From NCBI RefSeq assembly GCF_006345805.1, contig NC_043000.1, forward strand, positions 40,858,001 to 40,922,000: a stretch of 64,000 nucleotides of DNA. Reading direction: 5' to 3'. Below are positions 43,251 through 56,760 of the stretch, in pieces. The translations under genes and the position numbers were made by a program. This DNA is from Octopus sinensis. Lineage: Eukaryota. The notes beneath the pieces are model-generated. The model searched no databases and was not told where the DNA came from. It saw nothing but the letters and a program-made list of their open reading frames with translations. Numbering within the stretch: position 1 is the first letter of the stretch; every line of letters begins with the position of its first letter.

Positions 43251-43844
43251 CGTATGATGTATATATAGGTATGTAGATACCTATATAAACATTAGTATAT
43301 ATATATTCATATTTACATTTTGCCAGTATATGTTTGCATGTATGCGTCAACGTTTGCATGTTTAGTGTATATACGTATGTATATGTTTTTCTTTTTTGTG
43401 TATGTGTAAGTATAAGTGAATATTTTTATACATTTGTATATGAACAACGTGTGTTTATTTTTATGCTATTAGATCTCTGTAAGTGAATATTTTATTATAA
43501 ACACTTATATTCATTTTAATTAAATTTATTTTACCATTAATTAATGTACTCCGGGTATGCATGTCTTCTTTCTATCTCAAGTTAATTTTTAGTTTAAGGC
43601 TTTCTTCGATTTTACATGATATGATTTTTAAATCTATATTAAATCTCTGAGCGAGACATAAACAGTAGCAATACAGAATCGTAACACATAATTGCCAACC
43701 AAGTGTGGCATCCTATACGAGACAGTGCTACTGACGTTTATAACTCCAGGAAGAAATCTCTTCCAGCTGGCTAACGACGCACATTCTGTGTCCGATTAGC
43801 ATTTGCGCGGGGAGGTCATCACTCCCACCTCTAGCCTTACGTGA

Positions 43845-43893
43845 TACACAGGGACTGGAGTTTCCAGGTGGTTACCCGTCCTCAGCGTATGTT
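43845..43893 (-). ncRNA. Minimal type I hammerhead ribozyme-like motif
   Basis: acatacg CTGAGGA cgggt-aacc-acctg GAAAC tcca GTC cctgtgt. All core nucleotides are present; helix I has one mismatch. Confidence 0.6.
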
Positions 43894-45814
43894 AATCACC
43901 AGCTAGTGATGAAATCTCACCCCACTCGCAAAATACCATATGCTTTTTCCAGCGACGAACCGTCGCTGATCTCGAAAATGGAGAAATAAGCTATGGGAGC
44001 GATGCCCACCCACCTCGCAAATAATAATCGGACACAGAATGTGTGTCATTAGCCAGCTGGAAGAGATGTCTTCCTGGGGCTATAAAGGCCAGTAGCACTG
44101 TCCCGTATAGGACGCTACATTTGGTTGGCAATTATATGTTACGATTCCGTATTGCTGCTGTTTACATCTCGCCCAGAGATTTTATATAACTTATTTCTCC
44201 TTTTTCGAGATCAGCGAAGGTTTGTCGCTGGAAAAAGCATATAGTATTTTGCGAGTGGAGTGAGTTTTATCACTAGCTGGTGATAAGGCGGCGAGCTGGC
44301 AGAAACATTAGCACACCGGGCGAAATGCTTAGCGGTATTTCGTCTGCCGTTACGTTGTGAGTTCAAATTCCGCCGAGGTCGACTTTGCCTTTCATTCTTT
44401 CGGGGTCGATAAATTAAGTACCAGTTACGCACTGGGGTCGATGTAATCGACTTGATACTTTTGTCTATCCTTGCTTGTCCCGTCTATGTTTATCCCCTTG
44501 TGGGTAATAAAGAAATATATCCTTAGCTGGTGATTAACACGCGTTGAGGTCGGGTAACCACCCCAAAACTTGAGTCCATAAGGCTAGGGATGAGAGCGAT
44601 GACCTCCCATCGCAAATACCAATCCGACGCAGAATGTGTGTCGTTAGCCAGCTGGGAGAGATGTCTTCCTGGGGCTATAAACGCCAGTTATATTTACTGT
44701 TGGATTTATAGGAAATGAAATGGGCAATTACCCTGGGCCCCGCTAAATATCGGGTGCCCTTGCTATGAAAGGTACGGAGCACTCAATACAGGAAGACTCT
44801 ACCTCCCAGAAATCTTGCATGAAGAGGTTTTCTTTCAAACATATCTTTAAAAATATTATGGATTCTCTCTTTGATAAATAGCCATAGATTTCTCCACGTT
44901 AACAACACGAATTCACTCAATTATAAAACTGTGGAACAATTGACAGAGAAAAGGAAAGAGACAAAACAGCCCTAAAATATATGTATGTATGCGTGTGAGT
45001 GTGTATGTGTTGGTGAGCGCATGTGAGTGAGAGAGGGAGAGAATATCAATGTATATAAAGATAAAGAGAGTGATAGAAAGAAAAGTTATTTTTTGTCGCT
45101 AGTTAAAATTTCTTCTTTCAAAGCATATCTGAGCAATGACTGGATTAATCACTTGCAATTAAATGCGAGTGTACACACACGCACCAAATATATTACCACT
45201 TATAAACTTCATTATCTCACGAGGCATTGAAAAGTTTGGTCTTATTTTACGAAAGAGCCAGTAAGTGAGGAATATGTTCCAGAATTAAAATTTTGAATTT
45301 AGTTCTGATTATAGCATTACATCTCACAACTGCTAAAAACATTTTTTTTCAGATGTAATTCTGGAGAATTCTGGGGAATTGAAGAGGCAAATTTACCTTT
45401 TCTTGTGTTACAAATTTTGCTCCATCTCAATTTGTATTCTATATGTTCAAAGAGAACGGAGGTAACTTTCTGAAAGTCTTCTGAATTTTTTATAGTGTTT
45501 TTAACGCGCGCGCGCGCACACATGCACACACACATCGTGCTTTTTGAACAGCAGCAACTACCTAAATGATAATTTTCTGTCCTTTTATCGTATTCTACGT
45601 TCTGAAACATTTGTAACTCTCTTTAAAGAAAACTAATCTTACCCCCTCTTTCTTCCTTCATTGGCAAAAACACAATGAAGGAAATGTCATGAGAAAAAAA
45701 TTAGAATTCTGAAAAGTATATCTATAGAGCGACATTTTCAGTCGTTTATTTATACATTTTCTACTAATTAGTCACATTCGTTTACGTGCAATAGATGAGT
45801 TTTGAGATTTAAAT

Positions 45815-46965
45815 TTCCCGAGTTGGAAAATTGGGAGAATGGCTTCATGACTTTCTGAAGGATAGAAGTCAGGGGGTTGTAGCCAATGGGGCCGCCTCCA
45901 ATAACACGCAAATAGTGAGCGGTGTTCCGCAAAGCACTGTTTTGGGACCATTACTTTTCATAATGACTCCCTCAGACATGCCCTCAGCCACACAGAGAGC
46001 CACGACCACAAGTTATGCAGATGATACAAAAGTTTCACAGGTAATACAGCACTTGCAATGTGAGGTGGATGAAATATACAAGTGGGCTGAAAAGAATAGC
46101 ATGCAGTTTAATGCTGAAAAGTTTCAAGCTTTGTGATATCAGCATGCAAATCTAAATGAAATACCCAATAAATACACTGGACCTGAAAGGATTGCAATCC
46201 CAGAGGCACAATCAGTAATGATGCAACCTTTCATGTGCATGTTGCTAAATTGGCAATGAAATGTAGGCGGCTGACCGGATGGATTCTTAGAACTTTTAGA
46301 ACAAGAGACCAGGATCCCATGATGGTCCTCTGGAGGACACTTGTCTTAAGCCACTTTGACTATTGCTCTCAGCTATGGTCACCAACCAGTGTCAAATTGA
46401 TCTCAGAACTTGAGGCAATCCAACGAAGCTACACGAAGACGATAGCCTCTATGCAGCATATAAGCTATTAGGAAAGACTCAAGAGATTAAGACTCTATTC
46501 CTTAGAGCGTAGGCGAGAAAGATATGCTATAATATACATCTGGAAGATCGTGGAAGGACTTGTCCCAAACTTTGGCGTCGAGAGTTACACAAATACAAGA
46601 ACTGGGCGCCACTGCATAGTGCCAAGAACTCCAAATTTGCCATCAAGATGTAGGACAAGATACTGCAATAACCTGGGCTTCATAGGTCCACAGCTCTTCA
46701 ATATTCTCCCAAAGGACCTGAGAGACATGCATGGGGTGGATGTAGATGTCTTCAAAATAAGCTGGACCTCTTCCTCTCAGGTGTCTCAGATGAACCAACT
46801 TTGCGGCAGGAGGTGCAGATGAGGGCAGCTGCATCAAACTCTCTCATGCACCAAATGTCAATTGCTAAAAAGCATTCGTGAAGTAAAATTATGTAGCAAA
46901 ACCAAATGGCGGTGCCCCGGCATAGCCACAGCTCGTGAGCTGAAACTAGATGAAATAAAATAAAA
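45815..46965 (+). mobile_element. 5'-truncated CR1/L2-group LINE
   Basis: WLHDFLKDRSQ..SGVPQSTVLGPLLF..YADDTK and LVLSHFDYCSQLWSP; A-rich tail. Confidence 0.88.
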
Positions 46966-47828
46966 AAGTAAAATACACCCTAAATTTCGTCCGAGAGTGC
47001 ATAAAGAAGGTATTCAGTCAACTTAGACCTTTATGAAATCATAGCTGAACTATAAATTTCAACATTCTTTTCCTTTTGGAACAGTTCGTATATAAACAAA
47101 TTACCAGAAATTTGCTAGGGTGGAATGCTCAATCTAATTGACTAGAAACATTTGGTTGTCACATCACTTTATCCTTCACTGAAGGCTAATAAGCAAAGTT
47201 TACTCTGGAAATATTTGAACTCAGAACCGAAATTATACGCTGTATGATGTTTTCTTCACTAAATAATGGTTTCTGATTTACCTGGAAGAGCAGCGCTTTT
47301 CGAAAAAAGAAGTTAGTCGATCGATGCACTGAAGGACTTGATTGTTACTGTATTTTATCGACACCAAAAGGTAAAATACAAACTTGGACTCGTCAGAATC
47401 TGAATCCAAGACGTAAATATCTAGAAGAAATACGGAATCTATTTTGCTTTTTCGATCTAACAATTCTGCGAGTTCACGAGACTTTTTTGGCTCAATAGTA
47501 CACAATTTTTCCCTGGATGTGTTGCCCATCATCTTCACCTTCTCCATCTTCTACTGCTTTGCCCATTTTCTTTTCCCTTTTTCTTTTTCATCTTTCTTAT
47601 TTATTAATTTTTTTTTGTATTTAAATGTTATAATTTAAAATATGATCTGCTGTACAACTCACTGTAGAAATAAGCCATTTAATTTATTAAAAAAATGCTT
47701 TCCAGCCATATGACTCCGGGTCCAGTCGCTCTGTGTGGAATCTTGAACAATCGTCTCCTGCTATAGCCTCGGGCCGACGAAAGCCTTGTGAGTGGATTAG
47801 GTACATGAAAGCTGAAAGAAGCTTGTCG

Positions 47829-47932
<104 letters not shown>

Positions 47933-48176
47933 TATATATATACACCGGAGTAAGCACATAAATGTGGAAAAAAGAGTACTCAAAGATGGAAAAAAGAGTA
48001 CTCAAATACCAGGGGTAGAGTAATATGCTTTATTTAAAAGCAGCAGAAATATAACAAAAGCTGTTACTCAAAGTTTCACGTTCCCATTCGTCGGACAGTT
48101 TAGCAAAACTCCGACGAACGGGAACGCGGACTCTGAGTAACAGCTTTTGTTATATTTCTGCTGCTTTTAAATAAAG

Positions 48177-48213
<37 letters not shown>

Positions 48214-48508
48214 ATATATATATATATATACATACATATATACATGTGTGCGTGTGTGTCGTAATTTATGCCCCTGTAAATTAACGGTTCAGCAAGGAGA
48301 CTAGTAGAATAAGTACCACGCTAAAGATAAAATAAAATAAGTCCTGGTTAGGATTCATTCGGCTAAAAGTAGGTGCCCCAGCATGGCCACAATCTCGTGA
48401 CTGAAACAAGTAAAACAAGCAAAAGAGATAAGCAAACAAAAATATTAATAATATAGTATGTTAGATGGTTATAGGAACTTAAATATATCGAGATTTAACA
48501 ATCATTAC

Positions 48509-48574
48509 CTTCAGATGAGCCATCATCTCTATTATTAAGCATGTGCATATTCCTATGAGGATTTTCAGAGGACT
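48509..48574 (-). CDS. Small exon, 66 nt, phase 1-1: (E)SSENPHRNMHMLNNRDDGSSE
   Basis: ttttacattttactcag|AGTCC...TCATCTGAAG|gtaatgattgttaaatctcg. Exon 3' end and donor flank are homologous to the 45-nt exons. Confidence 0.78.
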
Positions 48575-48703
48575 CTGAGTAAAATGTAAAAACATATTTG
48601 GCTGTATGTTGAACAAAACTCCATTAAGATATATATATATATGTGTGTGCGCGTGTGTGTGTGTTTGCGTGAGTGCATGTACATGTATATATATATACGT
48701 ATG

Positions 48704-48737
<34 letters not shown>

Positions 48738-48799
48738 CTTACACACACACACACATGTATATATATACATTATTATATATATATATTATACATACATTA

Positions 48800-50132
48800 T
48801 TTGTTTCGGCTGATATACCCTCAAGCCTTCATCAGGTTTCTTGGGCAAATTTCGAACCTGGGATATTTTTCGTTGTTGTGTTGTTGTTGTTATTATTATT
48901 ATTATTCAGGTCACTACCTGGGGTAGTAGCCTGCGCTCTTGACCACTACGCCATATACCCGTGGGCAATTATGGAGTGAACTTTAGGGCTTATAAATCTA
49001 ACATTTTCCTATCCTTCCTTAATACCGGTTCCCTTATGCTATTCATATCTGCACTCGGTCTGCTTAGGAGGTTGTGTCCTAGCATATGTCCTGTTTTTTA
49101 GTTTTCATATTTTCTAGTGGTGTTCTCTGTCTATCATTTTAATTTCATACCACAGGGGAAGGTGGTCTCCATTTTTTCATACATGACCAGCTATACCCAA
49201 TTTATCAATATCTCCTCGTGTCACTGCTTTAAGATGTTCCTCTACCCTTTTTTTGAGAGGGCGGCATGTTCCACCTTTGTATAACCTACAACAGCTTCAT
49301 GGGATGGAACACACGCACTTTCTGGTCATGTTCTCTTTTATTGGTGCTTTTACTCGAAGGAGATATTTGCGAAGTGTTGTAATACTCTTGAATTCTGTCC
49401 TGATGTCATATGGGCCGCATATCTTTTGTATCTTTTCGGAGAGGCTTTTCACATAGGGTAGACACACTGGATAGTTTATTGGTTTCATCCTCTCTTTTCT
49501 TCATAATTTGAGTGGATAGTATGTTTTTGGAGTAATTGTTGCTGAATAAATTGTTACTGAGCTTCATCATTTCTTCGTAGTGGGTATCACGATCGCTACT
49601 TATATTATTTGCTCGATATTTTAGCTACTGAGCAATCCCTCACTATACACTGTATGGATGGTGAGAATAGAATTTGAGGTATCGTCCAATGAAGGTCGGC
49701 TTGCGATATACGGATGTCTTGAATCTCCTTCGAATAAAACCACCAATAGAAGAGAATATAACCAAAAAATGCGTGTACTCCACCCCATGTAGCTTTGGTA
49801 GGTAATACAAAGGTGAAACATGCCGCGCCCTCAATATAAGGGTAGAGGAACATCGCAATGTTATGACACAAGGAGATATTGATTAATGGAGTATAGCTGC
49901 TCATATATAGAAAAATGGAGACCAACTCCCTCTGTAGGATGAAGTTAAAATAAGAGACAAAGAACACCACTGGAAAATACGAAAATTAAAGGAAGCAGCA
50001 CATATGCTAGGACACAACAACCTTCTAAGCCCTAAAATTCACTCCCTAAATGCCCACGGGCATATGGCGTAGTGGTTAAGGGCCCAGCCTACTAAACCCA
50101 AGATTCTAAGTTGGATTCCAGGTAGTGACCTC

Positions 50133-50177
<45 letters not shown>

Positions 50178-50340
50178 ACAATAAGCAACAACATCAAAAA
50201 ATACGTTAGGAATGAGAACCTAGGTTCGAAATTTCCCCAAGACACCCGATGAAGGTGGAGGGTATATCAGCCGAAATGTTGTGTTAACAATAAACAAGTG
50301 GACAAATATCCGTAAAATGTAAATAATGTAAATAATGTAT
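48800..50340. mobile_element. Penelope-like element: minus-strand body plus an inverted plus-strand copy of its 3' end
   Basis: VYRKPTFIGRYLKFYSHHP and VCLPYVKSLSEKI...CVCSIP motifs. 48800-49330 is inverted relative to 49740-50280. Confidence 0.85.
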
Positions 50341-51250
50341 ATAATTCCTCATCTCTAAAATATAGAACTGTATATATATATATCTGCCAGTGCTTACATT
50401 TGTAAGATCGCTCTATAAGTGTGTTAACATGGTGATTCTTAGAGAAGAGAATTTGGAAGAGTACAGAGTTGCAAATGTTATAAAATACTTTGCCCTTGTC
50501 TTAAGGGAAAGAGATGATCTAATCTCAATTAAAATCCTTATTGTTGTCAAGATACCAAACCAATATAATATAATAGATCGCGCCTTTCTCAGCCACGTGA
50601 TCCCAATCGCCTTCCTGAAATCGTTACGAGTTACGATATCAGTTACACACACACTCATATAAATATAAATATATATATATATATGTATATATATGTATAT
50701 ATATATAAGGAGGAGGCATGGCTGTGTGATAAGAAGTGTTCCTCCCAACCACATGCTTCAGGACTCGGTCCCAATGCGTGGCAAGTTGGACATATTTTAT
50801 GTCTACTATAGCCCCAGATTCATTGACAAGATTTTGATATATGCAAAGTGAAAAGAAGGAAGCCTGACATGTATGTGTATTATTGTGTGTCTGTTTGTCC
50901 CTAACAATCGCTTGATTACCGACGTTGGTTTGCTTACTTCCATGTAACCTAGCAGTTCAGCCAACAGTTCTGATAGAATATGTGCCACACTGAAAAAAAA
51001 CAGTCGGTTCGATTCACTCCACTAAAATTTACCAAAGCAGTGTCCCATCTTGGCCACATAGGCTAATGAGTGAAACAAGTAAAATATAATATATATATAT
51101 ATTATATATATACATTATATATATATCATATATTATTTATATATATGTAATATATATATATATATATATGTAATATATATATATATGTAATATATATATA
51201 TATATATATATACATTATATATATATCTTATATTATATATATATATGTAA

Positions 51251-51350
51251 NNNNNNNNNNNNNNNNNNNNNNNNNNNNNNNNNNNNNNNNNNNNNNNNNN
51301 NNNNNNNNNNNNNNNNNNNNNNNNNNNNNNNNNNNNNNNNNNNNNNNNNN
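51251..51350. other. Assembly gap (100 N)
   Basis: Run of n. Confidence 1.
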
Positions 51351-51469
51351 CTTCCTAACAAAAAATAAAGCTTGTCAAAATATATTAATGGAGCAAAATG
51401 AGGTGTCAATCTTTTACCATATACATTACTACAATTTCATGGTTGACGACCTAATATATAATATATATA

Positions 51470-51530
<61 letters not shown>

Positions 51531-51714
51531 ATATTAGGTCGTCAAGTATGAAATTTGTAGTAATGTATATGGTAAAAGTTTTACAGCTGAAATCAGAAGT
51601 AACTCTAATTTCTTAAACCACTGATCTAACAATGCATGCCTGGTCGACTGGGCAAGTCTCTGGGTCTCTATAGATGAATTTGGAGTAGGTGCCTTATGTG
51701 ACCTGTCTTTGATA

Positions 51715-51800
<86 letters not shown>

Positions 51801-52462
51801 AAGGCTGTTGGGGTTTAGTGAGCCATTCACTCTATCAATCTCCGACTCTGCTTGGATTTATTGGTGCAGTAAACAAGCGGATCATACCCTTCAACATTAA
51901 ATCTGCAGAGAAGTCTATTATGTGTTCTCGGCTAAAGTGGACCGGTTGTTCACTGCTACTCGGATGCTACTCAGAGCAAGTGGTTCCTGTGTTAAAACGA
52001 AGGAAACGCCTTAAGTGCATTCAAACGCCACTGACGATTCATCCCAGGGCATCATTATGTTGTACCTTAGAACTAAAATTCTGGGTTAATCTTTGGCGGC
52101 AGCGAAAGAATCAGATAATTTGGTAACTACTAGAATGCCGTCCGAGAGCACTCAGAGAAAGTTAACTGGGCAACACAACCCGTAAAGACATTCTTTGCTA
52201 AGATTAAACCACGTGAAGGACACTCCAGGAGAGAGGGAGGAGAAAATGACAATCCTCAACAGGTTGCATTTACTTATTTCTCACCGAACAGTCGTGAAAA
52301 GGACGATGAATATATAACGTAAATATCTGGAAAATATACCGTATATAAATCTTACGTTGCTCTGTCAATTCTGTCAGGTCGCGAGCCTTTTCTAGCTATA
52401 TAATACAATACATCAGATGCCAGCATATCAAGAAAATAATGTTGAGACGTAACAATAATTAC

Positions 52463-52507
52463 CTTCAGATGAGTCACCATAACTACTAAAATCATGTCCG
52501 TGGGATT
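52463..52507 (-). CDS. Microexon, 45 nt, phase 1-1: (E)SHGHDFSSYGDSSE
   Basis: tttttttcag|AATCCCACGGACATGATTTTAGTAGTTATGGTGACTCATCTGAAG|gtaatt. Confidence 0.8.
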
Positions 52508-53166
52508 CTGAAAAAAATTGAAATATATATGATGACTGCAGACTCATTTATGGCTCAGCCTCTCTCTGCCTTTCTCACACGCTCTCACACTCTGTCTTTC
52601 TCTCATCCACATGCCCACACACATGTGTACACGAACTCACACCCACATATAATGTTTGATAAATATACAGAGGTACAAAATGAAAATGTTTATTACACCA
52701 ATTGTCATCCATACAGCTATGATCGTTTCGAAGCCTTTATCATATGAAAACTATTTTAGTGTATGATAAATAATACTTTACTTTACATGCCGGTATTAAT
52801 ACGTATAGTATAAATTATATAATTCAGTTGCAGAATTTATAAATTAATACTGGTAAAAGGACTTGTTCATCACGTCAAAGAATATTGTTACTTTCATCGA
52901 CACAATGCATATATATAAACGCAAAGTGTTAGCATGCGTAATACTGATATATGGAAGACAATAATTAATAAAATATAGAAGAAAGGTAGGACATTTAGTA
53001 TGATATTTAAAAGTAAACAGTGGATTACGATGGTGGAAGAAAAGGTACATATAGTAAGATATATATGGAACATTATATAGTTATTGTTAATTAACCTCGA
53101 AGTGAAAATGGTAGGTAAAGTAAAAACGAAGCTATAGGTAGTGTTGAAGATATTCTGTTTACGGAA

Positions 53167-53495
53167 TACACCTCCCCCTCGACTTACGACCTGTGTAACT
53201 TACGAACATCAGCACTTACGATTACACAAATCAATCAATAAATAAATAATCGACTTTCAGATGTTGGGCAGCTGCGCGTTACAATAACTATGACAGCATC
53301 TGGCAACGCAGGCCTCCAGCAGACTCAGACTCAGACATTCACTGCCTGCCACCGTCTCTCACTCACTCACTGACAGGCATCAGTTGTGTTTGAGTGAAAA
53401 TAGTGTTGAAAAATATAAATACGACATACGACCAGATCGAATTACGACCTATCAGTCGGAACGGAGCTCGTTTGTAAGTCGAATAGAAGGTGTAA
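53167..53495. mobile_element. TA-flanked MITE, duplicated at about 63017-63318
   Basis: tacacctcc..tcgacttacga ... gtaagtcgaatagaaggtgta. Confidence 0.65.
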
Positions 53496-53912
53496 ATTGA
53501 TGAATAAGAACAATACAAGGAATAAATTGAAAGTATAAGGAAATAAAAGTAAAAAAATAGGATGAAATAAAGGAAGACAGGGCATGAACAATATTGATAT
53601 TGTAAATGGAAGACATTGAAATATATGTCAAACTAATAAAATAAACAATACCCCGACTCCTTCCTCATAGTTTATATACTCCTAATGAAATAATCATAAT
53701 CAAGTGGATCTATTGGATTTCAACTGTATCTGACTATATATTACATTCCTTTTTCTGTTTTGGTTTACTGTGTGGATTGTAGTCTCATCTCTTATAAGAG
53801 TTTTTGTTGTGAGTACCTCTGGATTAGTTACATCCATATATTGTCCATTAAATTTACAATAAAAATATACTTATGCATATAAATATACATACATACATAC
53901 ATATATGTATAA

Positions 53913-54007
<95 letters not shown>

Positions 54008-54284
54008 AGGCGCAATGGCTTAGTGGTTAGGGCAGCAGACTCGCGGTCGTAGGATCGCGGTTTCGGTTCCCAGACCGGGCGTTGTGAGTGTTTATTGAGC
54101 GAAAACACCTAAAAGCTCCACGAGGCTCCGGCACGGGGTGGTGATCCCTGCTGTACTCTTTCACTCTTTCTCCCACTCTTTCTTCCGTTAGCCTGCTCGC
54201 TTAGCGTCATTCGAAGGCTAAAACAATGCGAACGCATAGTGACCAGCGATGTGTAACTACATCTGATGGACTGGTCGGTCACGT

Positions 54285-54315
<31 letters not shown>

Positions 54316-54366
54316 ATCGTCACGTGACCGACCAGTCCATCAGATGTAGTTACACATCGCTGGTCA

Positions 54367-54437
<71 letters not shown>

Positions 54438-54688
54438 TTATTTATATATTTATTTATATTAAGGGCTTTACTATACATAAATGCTTCACACGCATATATA
54501 TCGTAGCGTGAAGCATTTATGTATAGTAAAGCCCTTAATATAAATAAATATATTTAAAGGGGATAACCAATAATTTTTCCCTCATGAGGTTTTTCACGCT
54601 GACTACTTCATAAATTCTTAAAAAAGATTTTATCCTATTTTAAAATTATATATATATATATATTATATATATATACACACACACGCAC

Positions 54689-54737
<49 letters not shown>

Positions 54738-54867
54738 TACAATGAACAAACGAAATAAATATTGTTTTCCCATGCGCTAACGTTTCTGCCTGTTCGCAAC
54801 CTTTATATAATAGAATACATTAGATGCCAGTAAGGTAGGGAAAAAGTCGAGATGTAACAATAATTAC

Positions 54868-54906
54868 CGCCAGATGATTTTTCATAATCATTATGGCTAT
54901 GTTCTT
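54868..54906 (-). CDS. Microexon, 39 nt, phase 1-1: (E)EHSHNDYEKSSG
   Basis: ttttacattttttcag|AAGAACATAGCCATAATGATTATGAAAAATCATCTGGCG|gtaatt. Confidence 0.78.
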
Positions 54907-54964
54907 CTGAAAAAATGTAAAAATATATGTAGCTATATGATGACTGTAGACTCATTTACAACTT

Positions 54965-56052
54965 AGTCACACACAGAGGAGGAAAGATTTAATGCGTAGC
55001 TACGTGGAGAAAGAAGTTTAATGAAAAGCTGTAGAAGATGTGCTGTAGCAGCAAAATTTACCCGCGATATTTAATGAAACTTTGCCAAAAGTAGATGTTC
55101 CGTAGTCGAGACTACACATCGATTTCGAAGGTCCTTTGAACGGTTCATACTACATAGTGTTAGTTGATAGTTTCTCTAACAGACACAGAGAACGCTTTGG
55201 CAATAGGTTTATAAGAGACCTAAGAAGATCAAATAAGGAAGTCACAGACGAAGCAGCTCTACAAAATTCTTAAGACTATACCGTGTGACACCATCCAAAT
55301 ATATAAGCAGGTATGTCATCAGCGGAGCTGATATTTGCGAGGAAAATAAAATCATTCTTCGACAAATTGCTACAGGACAAGAAAAGAAAAATTGCAAGGG
55401 AAATGCAGCAGGATTTTTCAAAATTCAAGTAAAGTTATTTGTGAGGGCATATAAGAACAGAAAACTGAATTAGGAAGATGGCGTGATTACCAAACGCATA
55501 GGAAAAATGCTATATTTTTCCTATGTAGAAATGGTGTATACGAGAGTCACATGAACCAACTGAAAAGAGATTCGTTGAGAGTGAACTCAAGAGAATGGGA
55601 AAAAAATGGAACGGTTATATGATGTTTCAAGCACCAACAGCAGTACAGGTGATTGAACTCAGGCGAACGAGCGTAAGAATAAGAAAATGTACGGAGTTCC
55701 TGGAAGTAGATTCCGAAAAAGAAAACTAATAATGTGTTACTGAGAAAACAAAGGAACCTCAAAAGAGGGAGGTGAGTTGATATAAAAAGTATTGTTAATA
55801 AAAGAAATAAAATGACTCTCCTTGAGAAAAAATAAATACTTAAAAGGGGAGATGTTGTGGGGATAATAGTAATAATGTAAAACCCACCCACGTGACGAGT
55901 AGTATATGCTAGTCGCTATAAATAAGATGACGTCGCTCAGTATAGGAAGAGATTACGTAGTAGTCATTCTTATTTGTGTATTTACTGGTCTAAAAATTAT
56001 ACAGCTCTACCAGAGTGGGCACTAGAACAATCCGACATTAAGGATTACAACA
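54965..56052 (+). mobile_element. Ty3/gypsy integrase remnant with PPT and 3' LTR
   Basis: RLHIDFEGPLNGSYYIVLVDSFS; PPT aaaaggggaga, then LTR TGTTGT(55853)...ACAACA(56052). Confidence 0.72.
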
Positions 56053-56054
56053 GT

Positions 56055-56760
56055 CACTAAAGAACATTACATCCGAATAAAGAAAAGCTGAACCTCGGAA
56101 CTCTCAGCATTCAATAAAACAGTGGCTCACAATGTGATTGGAGTGCCAGTACTCATATGAACATTTGGGCTGTTTGATTGGACGGGTGATGAGATCCGAG
56201 CCATTGACTTGGAAACATGGAAGATACTAACCAGCACAAAATATCCAACAGCGACGTAAACCGTCCCTACATGAAGCGAAAACAAGGGGCATAGATCTAG
56301 CATCGATTCAAACTACCTTGGGATGTCGTATCATATGAATGATACGAAGGGTCGGCAAAATATTTTAAGAATAAGTGTCGAAGTGTATCTCTTAACAAAG
56401 TTTACATACATGAGGTTGATAATATCATGAGACTTAGGAAGCAGCTCCTTGAGCAGCATTCCTTGTCTGAGAACGTTAAATACATGCCCAAGATAGTCGC
56501 ATGACTCTGCCTCAACATATGATCAGATGAAAGAATGAGCATATCTGAGAAGATGATGCATAGATATGTTAGGAGAAAGCTCCAGGATGATAGTAACATT
56601 GAGTAACAAAGCAGTCTATCATGGACCAACAACCGGATTACTGAACCCCACTTGGAAGGCTATGCGTTTGCAATCCAGCAACAGGAAATATCAATGAACT
56701 ACCTGATGCACAAAATGGATAGAGAAGCAAGAAAATTGGTGTACTAAGATAGCTAACATA
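56055..56760 (+). mobile_element. R4/Dong-like LINE C-terminal remnant
   Basis: VPVL..TFGLFDWTGDEIRAIDLETWKIL and LEGYAFAIQQQEI fragments. Confidence 0.6.

Noticed and set aside
45353-45461. Plus-strand AG/GT-bounded open segment
   Set aside because: Isolated, with no compatible neighbouring exons and no recognisable motif.
47278-47547. 89-aa minus-strand ORF
   Set aside because: It overlaps a decayed SINE and a purine-rich tract, with no splice or homology support.
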